Part shown: positions 20,249 to 29,502 of the stretch, piece after piece
Numbering within the stretch: position 1 is the first letter of the stretch
How the letters are laid out: every line of letters begins with the position of its first letter
Source of the DNA: Candidatus Omnitrophota bacterium
Lineage (GTDB): Bacteria > Omnitrophota > Omnitrophia > Omnitrophales > Aquincolibacteriaceae
Assembly: GCA_043732705.1 (NCBI GenBank)
Contig: JAYTHE010000032.1
Span: 66,005 to 130,004, forward strand
Direction of reading: 5' to 3'
Length of the DNA stretch: 64,000 bases
Position numbers and translations under genes: made by a program
Notes under the pieces: model-generated
Databases searched by the model: none
What the model was told of the DNA's origin: nothing
Seen by the model: the letters and a program-made list of their open reading frames with translations, nothing else

Positions 20249-20292
20249 GCTCTGGGCTTCGCCCAACCGCATCTCGCGCCAATGGCGTAACC
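20249..20292 (+). repeat. CTCT-hairpin-AACCG motif, copy 5 plus a degenerate copy
   Basis: gctc-tgggc-ttc-gccca-accgc (20249-20270) followed by ctc-gcgcc-aat-ggcgt-aacc. Confidence 0.7.
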
Positions 20293-20386
20293 TGCGTGCT
20301 GCTGGTCAATCTTAATCATGCTTGATCAGGTGCATCCTACCACGAGCTTGCCTGGTCTGTGTCTTTGATCGAAATAAAATAAGAAG

Positions 20387-20415
20387 TTGCATTTTCTCCG
20401 GCATTTCGTTACATT
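20387..20415 (+). promoter_or_regulatory. Possible sigma-70 promoter of the desaturase gene
   Basis: TTGCAT, 17-nt spacer, TACATT. Confidence 0.4.
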
Positions 20416-20603
20416 TATTAGATGGGAAGCAGGAGCTTGTTGCCCTATTACTTGTTGTTAGCGACCTCGAACACCCCCATGGATGATGTTTCTGCTGAAG
20501 TTTTGCAGAAAATATCCGTAAATTAAAGGGTTGCTTTGGCTCCTTTTAATGAATTTATAAAAATATATGAAGCCGATTTTTACGGCAAAGGATTAGTATA
20601 AAA

Positions 20604-21779
20604 ATGGAACATAGCGGTTACGCAAAACGAAAACTGATTTGGCGCAATATTCTATTTTTTGTGTTCACTACCCTTGTTGCTTTGGTGGGTTGTCCTTTAT
20701 ACCTTCTGCATTATGGGATTTCTCCGTCTATTATTGGGTTGACCGCTTTTTTTATGGTGGCAACTGGCATGTCAATTACGGTGGGGTATCATCGCTTGTT
20801 TGCCCACGCGACCTTCAAAGCGCATCCCGTCGTTCGTTTTCTCCTTCTTTTTTTTGGTGCAGCGGCCTTTCAACAGGCAGCCTTAGAATGGTCTGCACAG
20901 CATCGTGATCATCACCGTTATGTTGATACAGATCGTGATCCTTACGATATTAAAAAGGGATTCTTTTACGCGCATATCGGCTGGCTTATTTTTTGGGAGC
21001 ATGTTGTAGATTTTGATAATGCGCATGACTTGGCCAAAGATCCCATGGTCGCACATCAAAATAAGCACTATTTTGCGTGGTGCATTGTTGCAGGGGTAAT
21101 TACGCCGGTGCTCATCGGCGCTCTTATGGGGCACGCTTTAGGAGCCTTTCTTTTTGCGGTTTGCCTGCGCATTACGCTTGTTTATCATTCCACCTTTTGC
21201 ATTAATTCGGTTTGCCATATGTTCGGCACCGCGACTTACGATCCTGATTCTTCCGCAAAAGATAATTGGCTTAGCGCGCTTGCGACAAACGGTGAAGGAT
21301 ATCATAATTTTCACCACCGCTTTCCGAGCGATTATCGTAATGGTGTGCGTTGGTATCATTTTGATCCGAGCAAGTGGTTGATCAAAGGCTTAGCAACGCT
21401 TGGCTTGACTTGGGACTTGAAGCAGGTTTCTGATTTTAGAATTCTTGCCGCGCGCCTTTACGGAGAAAATGTCCGCGTTACCAAAGCATTGGCGTTGTTG
21501 CAAAAACACGAAGCTGAAAAACTACAGGCTCAGTTGGTGTGGACGCAGCGTTATGAGGCCGTGAGACGCAACTTAACCGAATGGCAAACTCAGTTTGAGT
21601 CTTACCAGGCTTTAGCTCGTGAGCGGATGAGCGAGTCTTCACATGAATTGCGCGTCTCGGCTCGAAAAAACATGAAAGAAGCACGCCGGAAATTTAAAAC
21701 TACGCATATCCAGTGGAAGGAATTGACGCGGAAGCATCCCGTGCATCTTCAGGGTTTGTTGCTTGCGGGAATTGCATAA
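20604..21779 (+). CDS. Acyl-CoA (delta-9-type) fatty acid desaturase with C-terminal coiled coil
   Basis: His boxes YHRLFAH, HRDHHR and GEGYHNFHH; DYRNGVRWY. Confidence 0.93.
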   Translation: MEHSGYAKRKLIWRNILFFVFTTLVALVGCPLYLLHYGISPSIIGLTAFFMVATGMSITVGYHRLFAHATFKAHPVVRFLLLFFGAAAFQQAALEWSAQHRDHHRYVDTDRDPYDIKKGFFYAHIGWLIFWEHVVDFDNAHDLAKDPMVAHQNKHYFAWCIVAGVITPVLIGALMGHALGAFLFAVCLRITLVYHSTFCINSVCHMFGTATYDPDSSAKDNWLSALATNGEGYHNFHHRFPSDYRNGVRWYHFDPSKWLIKGLATLGLTWDLKQVSDFRILAARLYGENVRVTKALALLQKHEAEKLQAQLVWTQRYEAVRRNLTEWQTQFESYQALARERMSESSHELRVSARKNMKEARRKFKTTHIQWKELTRKHPVHLQGLLLAGIA

Positions 21780-21797
21780 TTTTCGATTTTAATAAAA

Positions 21798-21836
21798 GCC
21801 CCCAATCGGTTTTACCGGTTGGGGGTTTCTTTTTTT
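21798..21836 (+). terminator. Intrinsic terminator
   Basis: gcccccaatcggt-ttt-accggttgggggt followed by a T run. Confidence 0.8.
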
Positions 21837-21943
21837 GTTTAAGCCAAGCGCTGAAACCACAACCCCCGTTGCTATTATAATTATTTTGTTTTCTCTATTC
21901 GAAGCGTATAGTTTTTGATAGTTTAAGCGTGTCTGGATTATTT

Positions 21944-22540
21944 ATGCCGAACAAAATCATTATTTATTTAGCTTCACAGTCACCGCGAAGGCGGCATTTA
22001 ATCCGCAAGGCCGGATATGGCTGCCGTGTGATTCCAAGCTCCTATGTCGAAAAGCATGAATCGCGCGCGCTTCCTCGACAGCTTGTTCTGAAACATGCCC
22101 GCGGTAAATTAGCTCAAGCTAAGATTCCGTCCGGTGCGCGCTTTGTTATTGCTGCTGATACCGTTGTTGCGCTGCATGGAAAAGTTTACGGCAAACCATC
22201 GAACTTGAAGCATGCTGAGCGAATGCTTAAAACTTTGTCTGGTCATACGCATGATGTCTATACGGGCTGGGCCATGCGCGATTTATTGTCTGGGCGGAAA
22301 ACAGTCCGCTGCGTGCGTTCACGTGTTAAAATCCGCGAGCTCAGTAAAGAAGCGATACGTCAATATTTTAAGAAAATGAACCCGCTTGATAAAGCCGGTT
22401 CTTACGCAGTGCAGTCGCGTCCGTCGGTGGTGCGCTTTATTGACGGGTCTTATTCCAACGTTATGGGGTTTCCCATGGAAGACTTTGAAGCAAGAATGAA
22501 AATGATTTTAAAAGGCGCCGGGCGTAATGAAAAAAAATAA
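21944..22540 (+). CDS. maf: Maf-family nucleotide pyrophosphatase
   Basis: LASQSPRR, ADTVV, GKP, DKAGSY and GSYSNVMGFP motifs. Confidence 0.92.
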   Translation: MPNKIIIYLASQSPRRRHLIRKAGYGCRVIPSSYVEKHESRALPRQLVLKHARGKLAQAKIPSGARFVIAADTVVALHGKVYGKPSNLKHAERMLKTLSGHTHDVYTGWAMRDLLSGRKTVRCVRSRVKIRELSKEAIRQYFKKMNPLDKAGSYAVQSRPSVVRFIDGSYSNVMGFPMEDFEARMKMILKGAGRNEKK

Positions 22541-23342
22541 CCGCCGCGCACTGCTTTGTTTTACAGCCTTGTTAACCGCACTTGTGACGTCCGCAGCTTA
22601 TGCAGAAGACCAGGAAGACTATAAAATTCTCCGTGAAATAGTAATCAATGAATTTAAGAAAGAAGTCCCAGCCGAACAGGGCAGTGAGTTTGCGGATATT
22701 TTGCGCCGTTTCAAAGCCAAGGAAAAGAAGGTCGCGATCATTTTAGGTGCCTGTTTGGATCAGGGCACGGAAGTAGACGACGAGCTTTTCCGGAAATTTC
22801 AAGAGAAACAAACCCCGGTTTCTCTTTTTGTAGACCAGGGATGGCTCAAAAAAAATTCGGATAAATTAAAAAAAATTACTTTGTCTAAAAACGTCACGCT
22901 TGAAAATCATGGTCTTTTTTGCCGGCCTCTTTCGGTTGCCGGGAAAGGAATGAAGGGACATCCGGGCACGGCGGATGTTGACGAGGCTTTCGAAGAAATT
23001 GAGAAAAACGCGCGGGAAATCGAGCAGTTTTCAGGCCGTTTGCCAAGATTCTTTGCGTCAGGGTTTGATTCTTATGATGATGTGTCCTTGAAAATTGTAT
23101 CCGTGTTGGGTTATACGGCAGTTCAGGGCGATTTAAAATTACGCGCGCGTGATGTTGAGTCGGATAGTTCGCTTAAAGATTTTTTAGGGCAAGTTAATCC
23201 GGGGTCGATTATTTTAATTCCCGCCAATCGTCCGGGCTCCGCGGCTGTTTGGATTCCCAAATTACTTGAAGGCCTCGAGCGCGGTGGGTATCAGGTTGTC
23301 GCGCTGGACGACGCGGTGAATGCCGAAGAAGAAAGCCGTTAG
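22527..23342 (+). CDS. Exported polysaccharide-deacetylase-like (NodB fold) protein with degenerate motifs
   Basis: Signal peptide; ENHG..RPLSV.G and PGSIIL.P segments; lacks a clear TFDD motif. Confidence 0.6.
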   Translation: MKKNNRRALLCFTALLTALVTSAAYAEDQEDYKILREIVINEFKKEVPAEQGSEFADILRRFKAKEKKVAIILGACLDQGTEVDDELFRKFQEKQTPVSLFVDQGWLKKNSDKLKKITLSKNVTLENHGLFCRPLSVAGKGMKGHPGTADVDEAFEEIEKNAREIEQFSGRLPRFFASGFDSYDDVSLKIVSVLGYTAVQGDLKLRARDVESDSSLKDFLGQVNPGSIILIPANRPGSAAVWIPKLLEGLERGGYQVVALDDAVNAEEESR

Positions 23343-23347
23343 GTAGA

Positions 23348-24235
23348 ATGTTGAGTCCGACTGCTGATTCTTTCGAAAGTATTTTTTCATTTCTCCCCAA
23401 GCAAAAAGCGCAAGAGCCGCTTATTATTCATTTTCTTAAAAATTTAGGTTTTGCAAGATACGAACTGATTCAAACGCGTGAAGGTAAGTGGGCGCAGATT
23501 CGTGTTTACTTTTCCAGTCAAACCCAGGCAAAACGACTTCGACTTGCGGTTGAAAAGAACCCTATTTCCAAAGTTTGTTTTTCTGAGCGAAAACTGGCCT
23601 ATAAAGAATGGGCGGAAAAATGGAAAGAAGATTATCAGATTCAAACCTTAGGAAAGTCTTTTGTGGTCGTACCCGCATGGCGCAAAAAAGAATTTAAACC
23701 CGATATGTTTCCAAAGCGCATTCCGATTTGGATTGATCCTTTAAGTGCGTTTGGCTCAGGAGAACATGAAACAACACGCTTGGTTGTGCGGCTTATGGAG
23801 ACCGTGAAAGGACGGTTTCAATCTTTTTTGGATGTGGGGACGGGTACAGGTATTCTTTCAATTGCGGCTGCATATTGCGGGGCCAATAAAATCAGCGGCT
23901 TTGATAACGATAAGCCTTCCGTGGAATGCGCGCGATTTAATTTTCAGCAGAATGGATTAAATAAAAATCTGGCGCAATTTACAGGAGCAGAATTGGCACG
24001 TTTTAAAACAAAGACATCATTTGATTTAGTTTGCGCGAATATCAATTCACATATTCTTGAAAATTACCGCAAGCAAATTGTTGCTGCAGCAAAAAAGGGC
24101 GGGTGGGTTTTGGTCTCAGGAATTTTACATCAAACCTATGCTTCATTTCGCGAAGCTTTCGACGGAAAAGATTTGCGTTGTTTGAAGGTCCTGCGCGGCC
24201 GCCGCTGGGTAGCGGTTTTATATCGCAAGCTTTAG
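23348..24235 (+). CDS. prmA: Ribosomal protein L11 methyltransferase
   Basis: W.EKWK..Y, IDP..AFGSGEHETT, LDVGTGTGILSI and ANI motifs. Confidence 0.9.
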   Translation: MLSPTADSFESIFSFLPKQKAQEPLIIHFLKNLGFARYELIQTREGKWAQIRVYFSSQTQAKRLRLAVEKNPISKVCFSERKLAYKEWAEKWKEDYQIQTLGKSFVVVPAWRKKEFKPDMFPKRIPIWIDPLSAFGSGEHETTRLVVRLMETVKGRFQSFLDVGTGTGILSIAAAYCGANKISGFDNDKPSVECARFNFQQNGLNKNLAQFTGAELARFKTKTSFDLVCANINSHILENYRKQIVAAAKKGGWVLVSGILHQTYASFREAFDGKDLRCLKVLRGRRWVAVLYRKL

Positions 24236-24264
24236 CCGCATTACGAGCTTGCGAAGCAATGCAT

Positions 24265-24972
24265 TTAATAGCGGAGATTCCAGTCGGATTGGGAATAAAC
24301 TTCGGATTTTAATTTTTCAATATCGGGGACCGGACCAAATTTTTTTTCTGCCCCCCATGCTTTTTGAAGCGACGCGATGATGGTTTGCTTTTTAACCGGA
24401 ATATTGGTCAAAAAGTCTTGATGCGCACGTTTGGCACGGTAAGCAGGCTCACGATCGGGATTTCCCAGGTAATCTGAAATTTTAGGAAGATCGAATTGGT
24501 AAAGAAAAGTTCCGTGAAAAAGAAAGAATTTTTTACCGCGGCGCATGGCATTGCCTGAAAACTTTCGGTCGGCCCAAGTTAAGTCGCTGATGCCTTGAAT
24601 TTCAATTTTTTCTTTGAGCTTCCAGGTTTCAGCCGCTTGTAAATTTCTTTCCATGACCAGCTTCGTGTCGGTTTTAATGCCAGAGTTTTCTGCGGCTTTG
24701 AGAATTAAAGAAAAATTGAGACAGCCGGCTCCTTGAAGTACCGTGGCTCCGCCGCTTTTTCTTCTTAATATTCGGACATTGTCCTTTTTGCAGTTCTTGG
24801 TTTTGACTTCATTTTTCCATTTACTGGAATAACCTAGCACGACGAAGTAATCGGGAGATTCCCAGACTCTCAAAACTTCTCCGTTTAAGCCGGACTCAGC
24901 GTTTTCGAGCAAGGTTTCATCCAAGGCAAGATTTGATTCAGGGTCCTGGAAAGAGTGGTTGAGGAACAACAT
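24265..24972 (-). CDS. Lipoate-protein ligase family protein
   Basis: NLALDE, RRKSGGATV, KFSGNA and HGTFL motifs; divergent from the PDH operon. Confidence 0.9.
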   Translation of the reverse strand: MLFLNHSFQDPESNLALDETLLENAESGLNGEVLRVWESPDYFVVLGYSSKWKNEVKTKNCKKDNVRILRRKSGGATVLQGAGCLNFSLILKAAENSGIKTDTKLVMERNLQAAETWKLKEKIEIQGISDLTWADRKFSGNAMRRGKKFFLFHGTFLYQFDLPKISDYLGNPDREPAYRAKRAHQDFLTNIPVKKQTIIASLQKAWGAEKKFGPVPDIEKLKSEVYSQSDWNLRY

Positions 24973-25010
24973 ACAGGCACATTAGCACGCAATTGAAAAG
25001 GGCTCAAGCA

Positions 25011-25191
25011 AACCTGAATGTCTCATCCGTTTTCTGTTGCGTCGGCACATTTGCCTGCGTCTACGGCGTTATGCTCGCAAAGCTTCCCTCGACGTGCTAC
25101 GAGAGCACGCCTGCGGGTTCTTTGCTCGCAAGCCTTGTATTCTCAGGCAACTCTGCGCGACTCACGACGAAACGGATGAGACATTTAGGTT
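25011..25191. mobile_element. MITE-like palindromic element
   Basis: 22-bp terminal inverted repeats aacctgaatgtctcatccgttt / aaacggatgagacatttaggtt (21 of 22 match); central hairpin cgtgc-tacgaga-gcacg. Confidence 0.8.
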
Positions 25192-25297
25192 AGGGGTTTT
25201 ATAAAAGGTCAAAAAAGATTTGATTGGGGGGGGAGATTCATGTAAATTGGTGGCTCATTTTGAGCCCAACTCGGGTATCTCTAACACGTTATCATCT

Positions 25298-28069
25298 ATG
25301 AAATCCAAGAAAAATATGAGCACAGCACAAGACAGCGAAAACGCCCTGACAGACTTACCTGCGGTGGGTAGCCCCACTTCATCTTCATTACCCAAAAATA
25401 TTACCGACGAAAATACGCAAGAATGGCAAAAGTGGCTTGATTCTCTGGAGCATATCCTCGAGGTGGCCCTGAAAGACCAGGCTGGTCCCGACCGTGCGCC
25501 TTTTATTATGGATACCCTGATCAAACGTCTCCGTAAATCCGGGATTCCGTTGCCGGCTCCTGTAAGCACGCCTTATATCAATACTATCCCGGCGACTGAA
25601 GAACCTGATTATCCCGGTGACCGTGAAATCGAACGCCGCATAAAAAGCTTAGTCCGTTGGAATGCCATGGCGATGGTGGTTAAGGCCAATGAAGTTCATC
25701 CGGGTTTGGGCGGACATATTTCAACCTTTGCTTCAAGCGCCACACTTTATGAAGTTGGGTTTAATCATTTCTTTCATGGCGGCGATAAAGAAGGGCGTCC
25801 CGCGGATTTCATTTATTTTCAGGGGCATGCATCGCCCGGTAATTATGCGCGCGCATATCTTGAACGCCGTTTGAACAAAGAACATCTGCATAATTTCCGA
25901 CAAGAACTTGCTCCAGGCGGAGGCCTTTCGTCTTATCCACATCCTTACTTGATGCCGAACTTCTGGCAATTTCCGACTGTGTCCATGGGCTTGGGACCGA
26001 TCATGTCGATTTATCAAGCTCGGTTTATGAATTATTTGAAAGCCCGCGGAATTTTTACCGGCGAAATGCCCAAGGTTTGGTCTTATGTCGGCGACGGCGA
26101 AACAGGCGAGCCCGAAACATTTGGTGCGCTTAATTTTGCGGGTCGCGACAAATTAGATAATTTAATTTGGGTTGTGAACTGTAATCTTCAGCGTTTGGAT
26201 GGTCCCGTTCACGGCAACGGAAAAATTATTCAGGAATTCGAATCAGTTTTCCGCGGCGCGGGCTGGAATGTGATCAAAGTGATTTGGGGTTCGGAGTGGG
26301 ATGAACTCATGAAGAAAGACAGCAAGGGCTTGCTTCTGAAACGTATGAGCGAATGCTGCGACGGAGATTATCAAAAATATTCTGTTGAGCCGGGAAGTTA
26401 TACCCGTAAACATTTCTTCGGCAAATATCCCGAGCTGCTTGCGATGGTGAATCATATGACCGATGCGCAAATTACAAAGTTATTGCGCGGAGGACATGAC
26501 CCTAAGAAAGTTTATGCCGCTTACAAAGCCGCGGTTGAGCATAAAGGCCAGCCGACTGTGATTCTCGCTAAAACTATCAAAGGTTACGGTTTAGGTGAAG
26601 CCGGTGAAGGCCGCAATATTACGCATCAACAGAAGAAGTTGAATGAAAAAGAATTACGCGAATTCCGCCAGCGCTTTGATATTCCTATCGGCGATGAAGA
26701 AATTGTTACGACCCCGTTTTACCGTCCGCCTGTGGATAGTCCGGAAATGAAATATCTTTTTGAGCGCCGTAAAGCTCTCGGCGGCTTTGTTCCTGAGCGT
26801 AAGGTTAAAGCAGCCTTGTTGCAAACTCCGGGATTCGATTATTACGATGAGTTTACAAAAGGTTCGGGTGAAGCCGAAGTTTCGACGACGATGGCTTTCG
26901 TGCGTATTCTGACCAAGCTTTTACGCGAACCCAATATCGGAAAAAATATCGTTCCGATTATTCCGGATGAAGCGCGTACTTTCGGTATGGACGCGCTTTT
27001 TCGCCAGGTTGGAATTTACGCTCCGCAAGGTCAGCTTTATGAACCTGTCGACATCGAGTCTTTGCTTTACTTTAAAGAAGCCAAAGACGGTCAGATTCTT
27101 GAAGAAGGAATTAATGAGGCCGGTTCAATGTGCTCATTTATTTCAGCGGGAACGGCGCATGCTACGGTCGGTACTTATATGATTCCGTTCTACATTTACT
27201 ATTCGATGTTCGGATTCCAGCGTGTGGGTGATTTGATTTGGCTTGCCGGTGATATCCGCGCCAAAGGATTTATGCTTGGCGGAACTTCCGGCCGCACGAC
27301 ATTAAACGGCGAAGGATTACAGCATCAAGACGGACATAGCCAATTGATGGCAAGCACGGTTCCGAGTCTTGTGGCCTATGATCCTGCATTTGCTTATGAG
27401 CTCGCTGTGATTATTGAAGACGGTATTGAGCGCATGTATAAAAAAGGCGAAGAGCTTTTTTACTATTTGAGCGTCTATAACGAAAATCATGTGATGCCCG
27501 CGATGCCTGCAGGAAGCCGTGAGGGTATTCTCAAGGGGCTTTATAAATTCAAGGCCAGCGATAAGAAGCTTAAATTGCGCGCCCAGCTTTTAGGAAGCGG
27601 TCCGATTATTCAATCCGCGCTTAAAGCCCAACAGATGCTTGAAAAGTATGGCGTTGCCGCGGATGTTTGGTCAGTAACCAGCTATAATCAGCTGCGCCGC
27701 GAAGCGCTTGAAGTTCAGCGCGCAAACCGCCTCAATCCAACAGCTAAACCGAATAAGTCTTATGTTGAGCAGTCCTTTGACAAGCAAGAGGGTGTTTTTG
27801 TGGCGGTTTCGGATAACATGAAAATTGTAGCCGAGCAAATCACGCCTTGGGTGCCGGGTAAATTTACGGTACTCGGAACGGATGGGTTTGGACGCAGTGA
27901 TACTCGTGCACAATTGCGCCGTTTTTTTGAAATCGATGCTGAGAGTGTTGTGATTGCGACTTTATATGCTTTGATGGAAAAAGGTGAAGTCGATGCGAAA
28001 GTTGTTAAACAAGCGATGCAAGATTTGAATTATTCTGCCGATAAAACCTATCCTCATATAGTCATATGA
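25298..28069 (+). CDS. aceE: Pyruvate dehydrogenase E1, homodimeric type
   Basis: GGHISTFAS, YFQGHASPG, FPTVSMGLGP, GDGE, NCNLQRLDGPV and GEGLQHQDG motifs; exact start uncertain (25298 or 25316). Confidence 0.96.
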   Translation: MKSKKNMSTAQDSENALTDLPAVGSPTSSSLPKNITDENTQEWQKWLDSLEHILEVALKDQAGPDRAPFIMDTLIKRLRKSGIPLPAPVSTPYINTIPATEEPDYPGDREIERRIKSLVRWNAMAMVVKANEVHPGLGGHISTFASSATLYEVGFNHFFHGGDKEGRPADFIYFQGHASPGNYARAYLERRLNKEHLHNFRQELAPGGGLSSYPHPYLMPNFWQFPTVSMGLGPIMSIYQARFMNYLKARGIFTGEMPKVWSYVGDGETGEPETFGALNFAGRDKLDNLIWVVNCNLQRLDGPVHGNGKIIQEFESVFRGAGWNVIKVIWGSEWDELMKKDSKGLLLKRMSECCDGDYQKYSVEPGSYTRKHFFGKYPELLAMVNHMTDAQITKLLRGGHDPKKVYAAYKAAVEHKGQPTVILAKTIKGYGLGEAGEGRNITHQQKKLNEKELREFRQRFDIPIGDEEIVTTPFYRPPVDSPEMKYLFERRKALGGFVPERKVKAALLQTPGFDYYDEFTKGSGEAEVSTTMAFVRILTKLLREPNIGKNIVPIIPDEARTFGMDALFRQVGIYAPQGQLYEPVDIESLLYFKEAKDGQILEEGINEAGSMCSFISAGTAHATVGTYMIPFYIYYSMFGFQRVGDLIWLAGDIRAKGFMLGGTSGRTTLNGEGLQHQDGHSQLMASTVPSLVAYDPAFAYELAVIIEDGIERMYKKGEELFYYLSVYNENHVMPAMPAGSREGILKGLYKFKASDKKLKLRAQLLGSGPIIQSALKAQQMLEKYGVAADVWSVTSYNQLRREALEVQRANRLNPTAKPNKSYVEQSFDKQEGVFVAVSDNMKIVAEQITPWVPGKFTVLGTDGFGRSDTRAQLRRFFEIDAESVVIATLYALMEKGEVDAKVVKQAMQDLNYSADKTYPHIVI

Positions 28070-28092
28070 GGATAGGTTTTTTTAATTATTAA

Positions 28093-28116
28093 GCTCTGAG
28101 CCTTTGGCTCAACCGC
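28093..28116 (+). repeat. CTCT-hairpin-AACCG motif, copy 6
   Basis: gctc-tgagcc-ttt-ggctca-accgc between aceE and aceF. Confidence 0.75.
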
Positions 28117-28139
28117 AATACATTAGCTAGGAGTTGAAG

Positions 28140-29501
28140 ATGGAAGTTCGTTTACCGCAGCTTGGGGAAGGTGCCGATACAGGTACTGTCGTAAATATTT
28201 TGGTTAAAGTCGGTGATACCGTCAAAAAGAATCAAACTTTAATTGAGCTTGAAAGCGGTAAAGCTGTCGCGCCGATCCCTTCAACCGGCGACGGAACGGT
28301 TCAAACTTTGAATGTTAAACAAGGTGATAAAGTTTCTGTCGGCCAATTAATCGCTACGTTGTCGGGTTCAGGCACGATTTCTTCTGGCTCTGCGCCTGCG
28401 GCGCAACCGCAAACACCGGTTCAGCAGCCAATTCAGCAAAACACCTTTAATGCCGCGCCTTCACAGGTTCTGCCTGCTGCAGGTGCCTATCAATATCAGT
28501 CGCAAAGTGGTTTTCCGCCTGCGGCTGCGCCTTCGGTTCGTGCAATTGCGCGAGATCTTGGGATTGATTTAGGACGAGTCCGCGGAACGGAAAACGGCGG
28601 ACGTATTGGTTTAGCTGATTTGCGTAATTACTTTATGCAGATTCAGGCGATGGCATTCGCTGGATCAGGTTCTGCGGCTGCTAGTACTTCTGCCTCCGCG
28701 ACGCAGTCGCAACCGGCGGCTGCAATTGATTTTTCGCAATGGGGAACCGTAACCAAGAAACCGCTTTCGGGTTTACGCCGTGCAATCGCGAAGCAAATGA
28801 GCAGTTCATGGAATACCATTCCGCATGTCACTCAATTTGATGATGCGGATGTAACCGTAATCAGCCAGCTGCGCAAAAAATATGCGGCTGAATATGAAAA
28901 GAAAGGCGCGAACTTAACTTTGACTGCCATTATTTTGAAAGCAGTTACAGTTGCGCTCAAAAAACATCCTGTATTGAACTCAAGTATCGATCTTGAGAAA
29001 GATGAGCTGATTTTAAAAGAGTATATTCATCTGGGTGTTGCGGTGGATACAGACCAAGGGTTAATTGTGCCTGTGATTCGCAATGCTGATAAAAAATCAA
29101 TTTTTGAATTAGCTCAGGAACTCGGACAGCTTGCTGAAAAGACACGCGCCCGCAAAATTTCCGGTGAAGAACTTAAAGGCGGAACTTTTACGATTTCGAA
29201 TTTGGGCGGAATTGGCGGCGGACATTTTACGCCGATTGTGAATAAGCCTGAAGTCGCGATTCTTGGAATCGGCCGCGGAGTTCCCAAGACAGTCGTACGG
29301 GACGGAAAAATTGAAATTCGCACACTGATGCCTGTTTGCGTATCATATGATCACCGTGTGGTTGATGGGGCTGATGGAGCAAGATTTACACGCGCATTTG
29401 TCGAAGCATTGGAAAAAATTACTGATGCTGACATCAAATTAAGCTCTACAACAAAGGCTCAACCGGCTGCTAAAAAACCGGTCAAGAAGGGGAAGAAATA
29501 A
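28140..29501 (+). CDS. aceF: Dihydrolipoamide acyltransferase E2 (single lipoyl domain)
   Basis: Lipoyl domain (ESGKA), E3-binding AAPSVR..AR, TFTISNLG and SYDHRVVDGA motifs. Confidence 0.93.
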   Translation: MEVRLPQLGEGADTGTVVNILVKVGDTVKKNQTLIELESGKAVAPIPSTGDGTVQTLNVKQGDKVSVGQLIATLSGSGTISSGSAPAAQPQTPVQQPIQQNTFNAAPSQVLPAAGAYQYQSQSGFPPAAAPSVRAIARDLGIDLGRVRGTENGGRIGLADLRNYFMQIQAMAFAGSGSAAASTSASATQSQPAAAIDFSQWGTVTKKPLSGLRRAIAKQMSSSWNTIPHVTQFDDADVTVISQLRKKYAAEYEKKGANLTLTAIILKAVTVALKKHPVLNSSIDLEKDELILKEYIHLGVAVDTDQGLIVPVIRNADKKSIFELAQELGQLAEKTRARKISGEELKGGTFTISNLGGIGGGHFTPIVNKPEVAILGIGRGVPKTVVRDGKIEIRTLMPVCVSYDHRVVDGADGARFTRAFVEALEKITDADIKLSSTTKAQPAAKKPVKKGKK

Positions 29502-29502
29502 A

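Noticed and set aside
24993-25193. 66-aa plus-strand ORF
   Set aside because: Coincides with the palindromic element; no RBS or recognisable motif.
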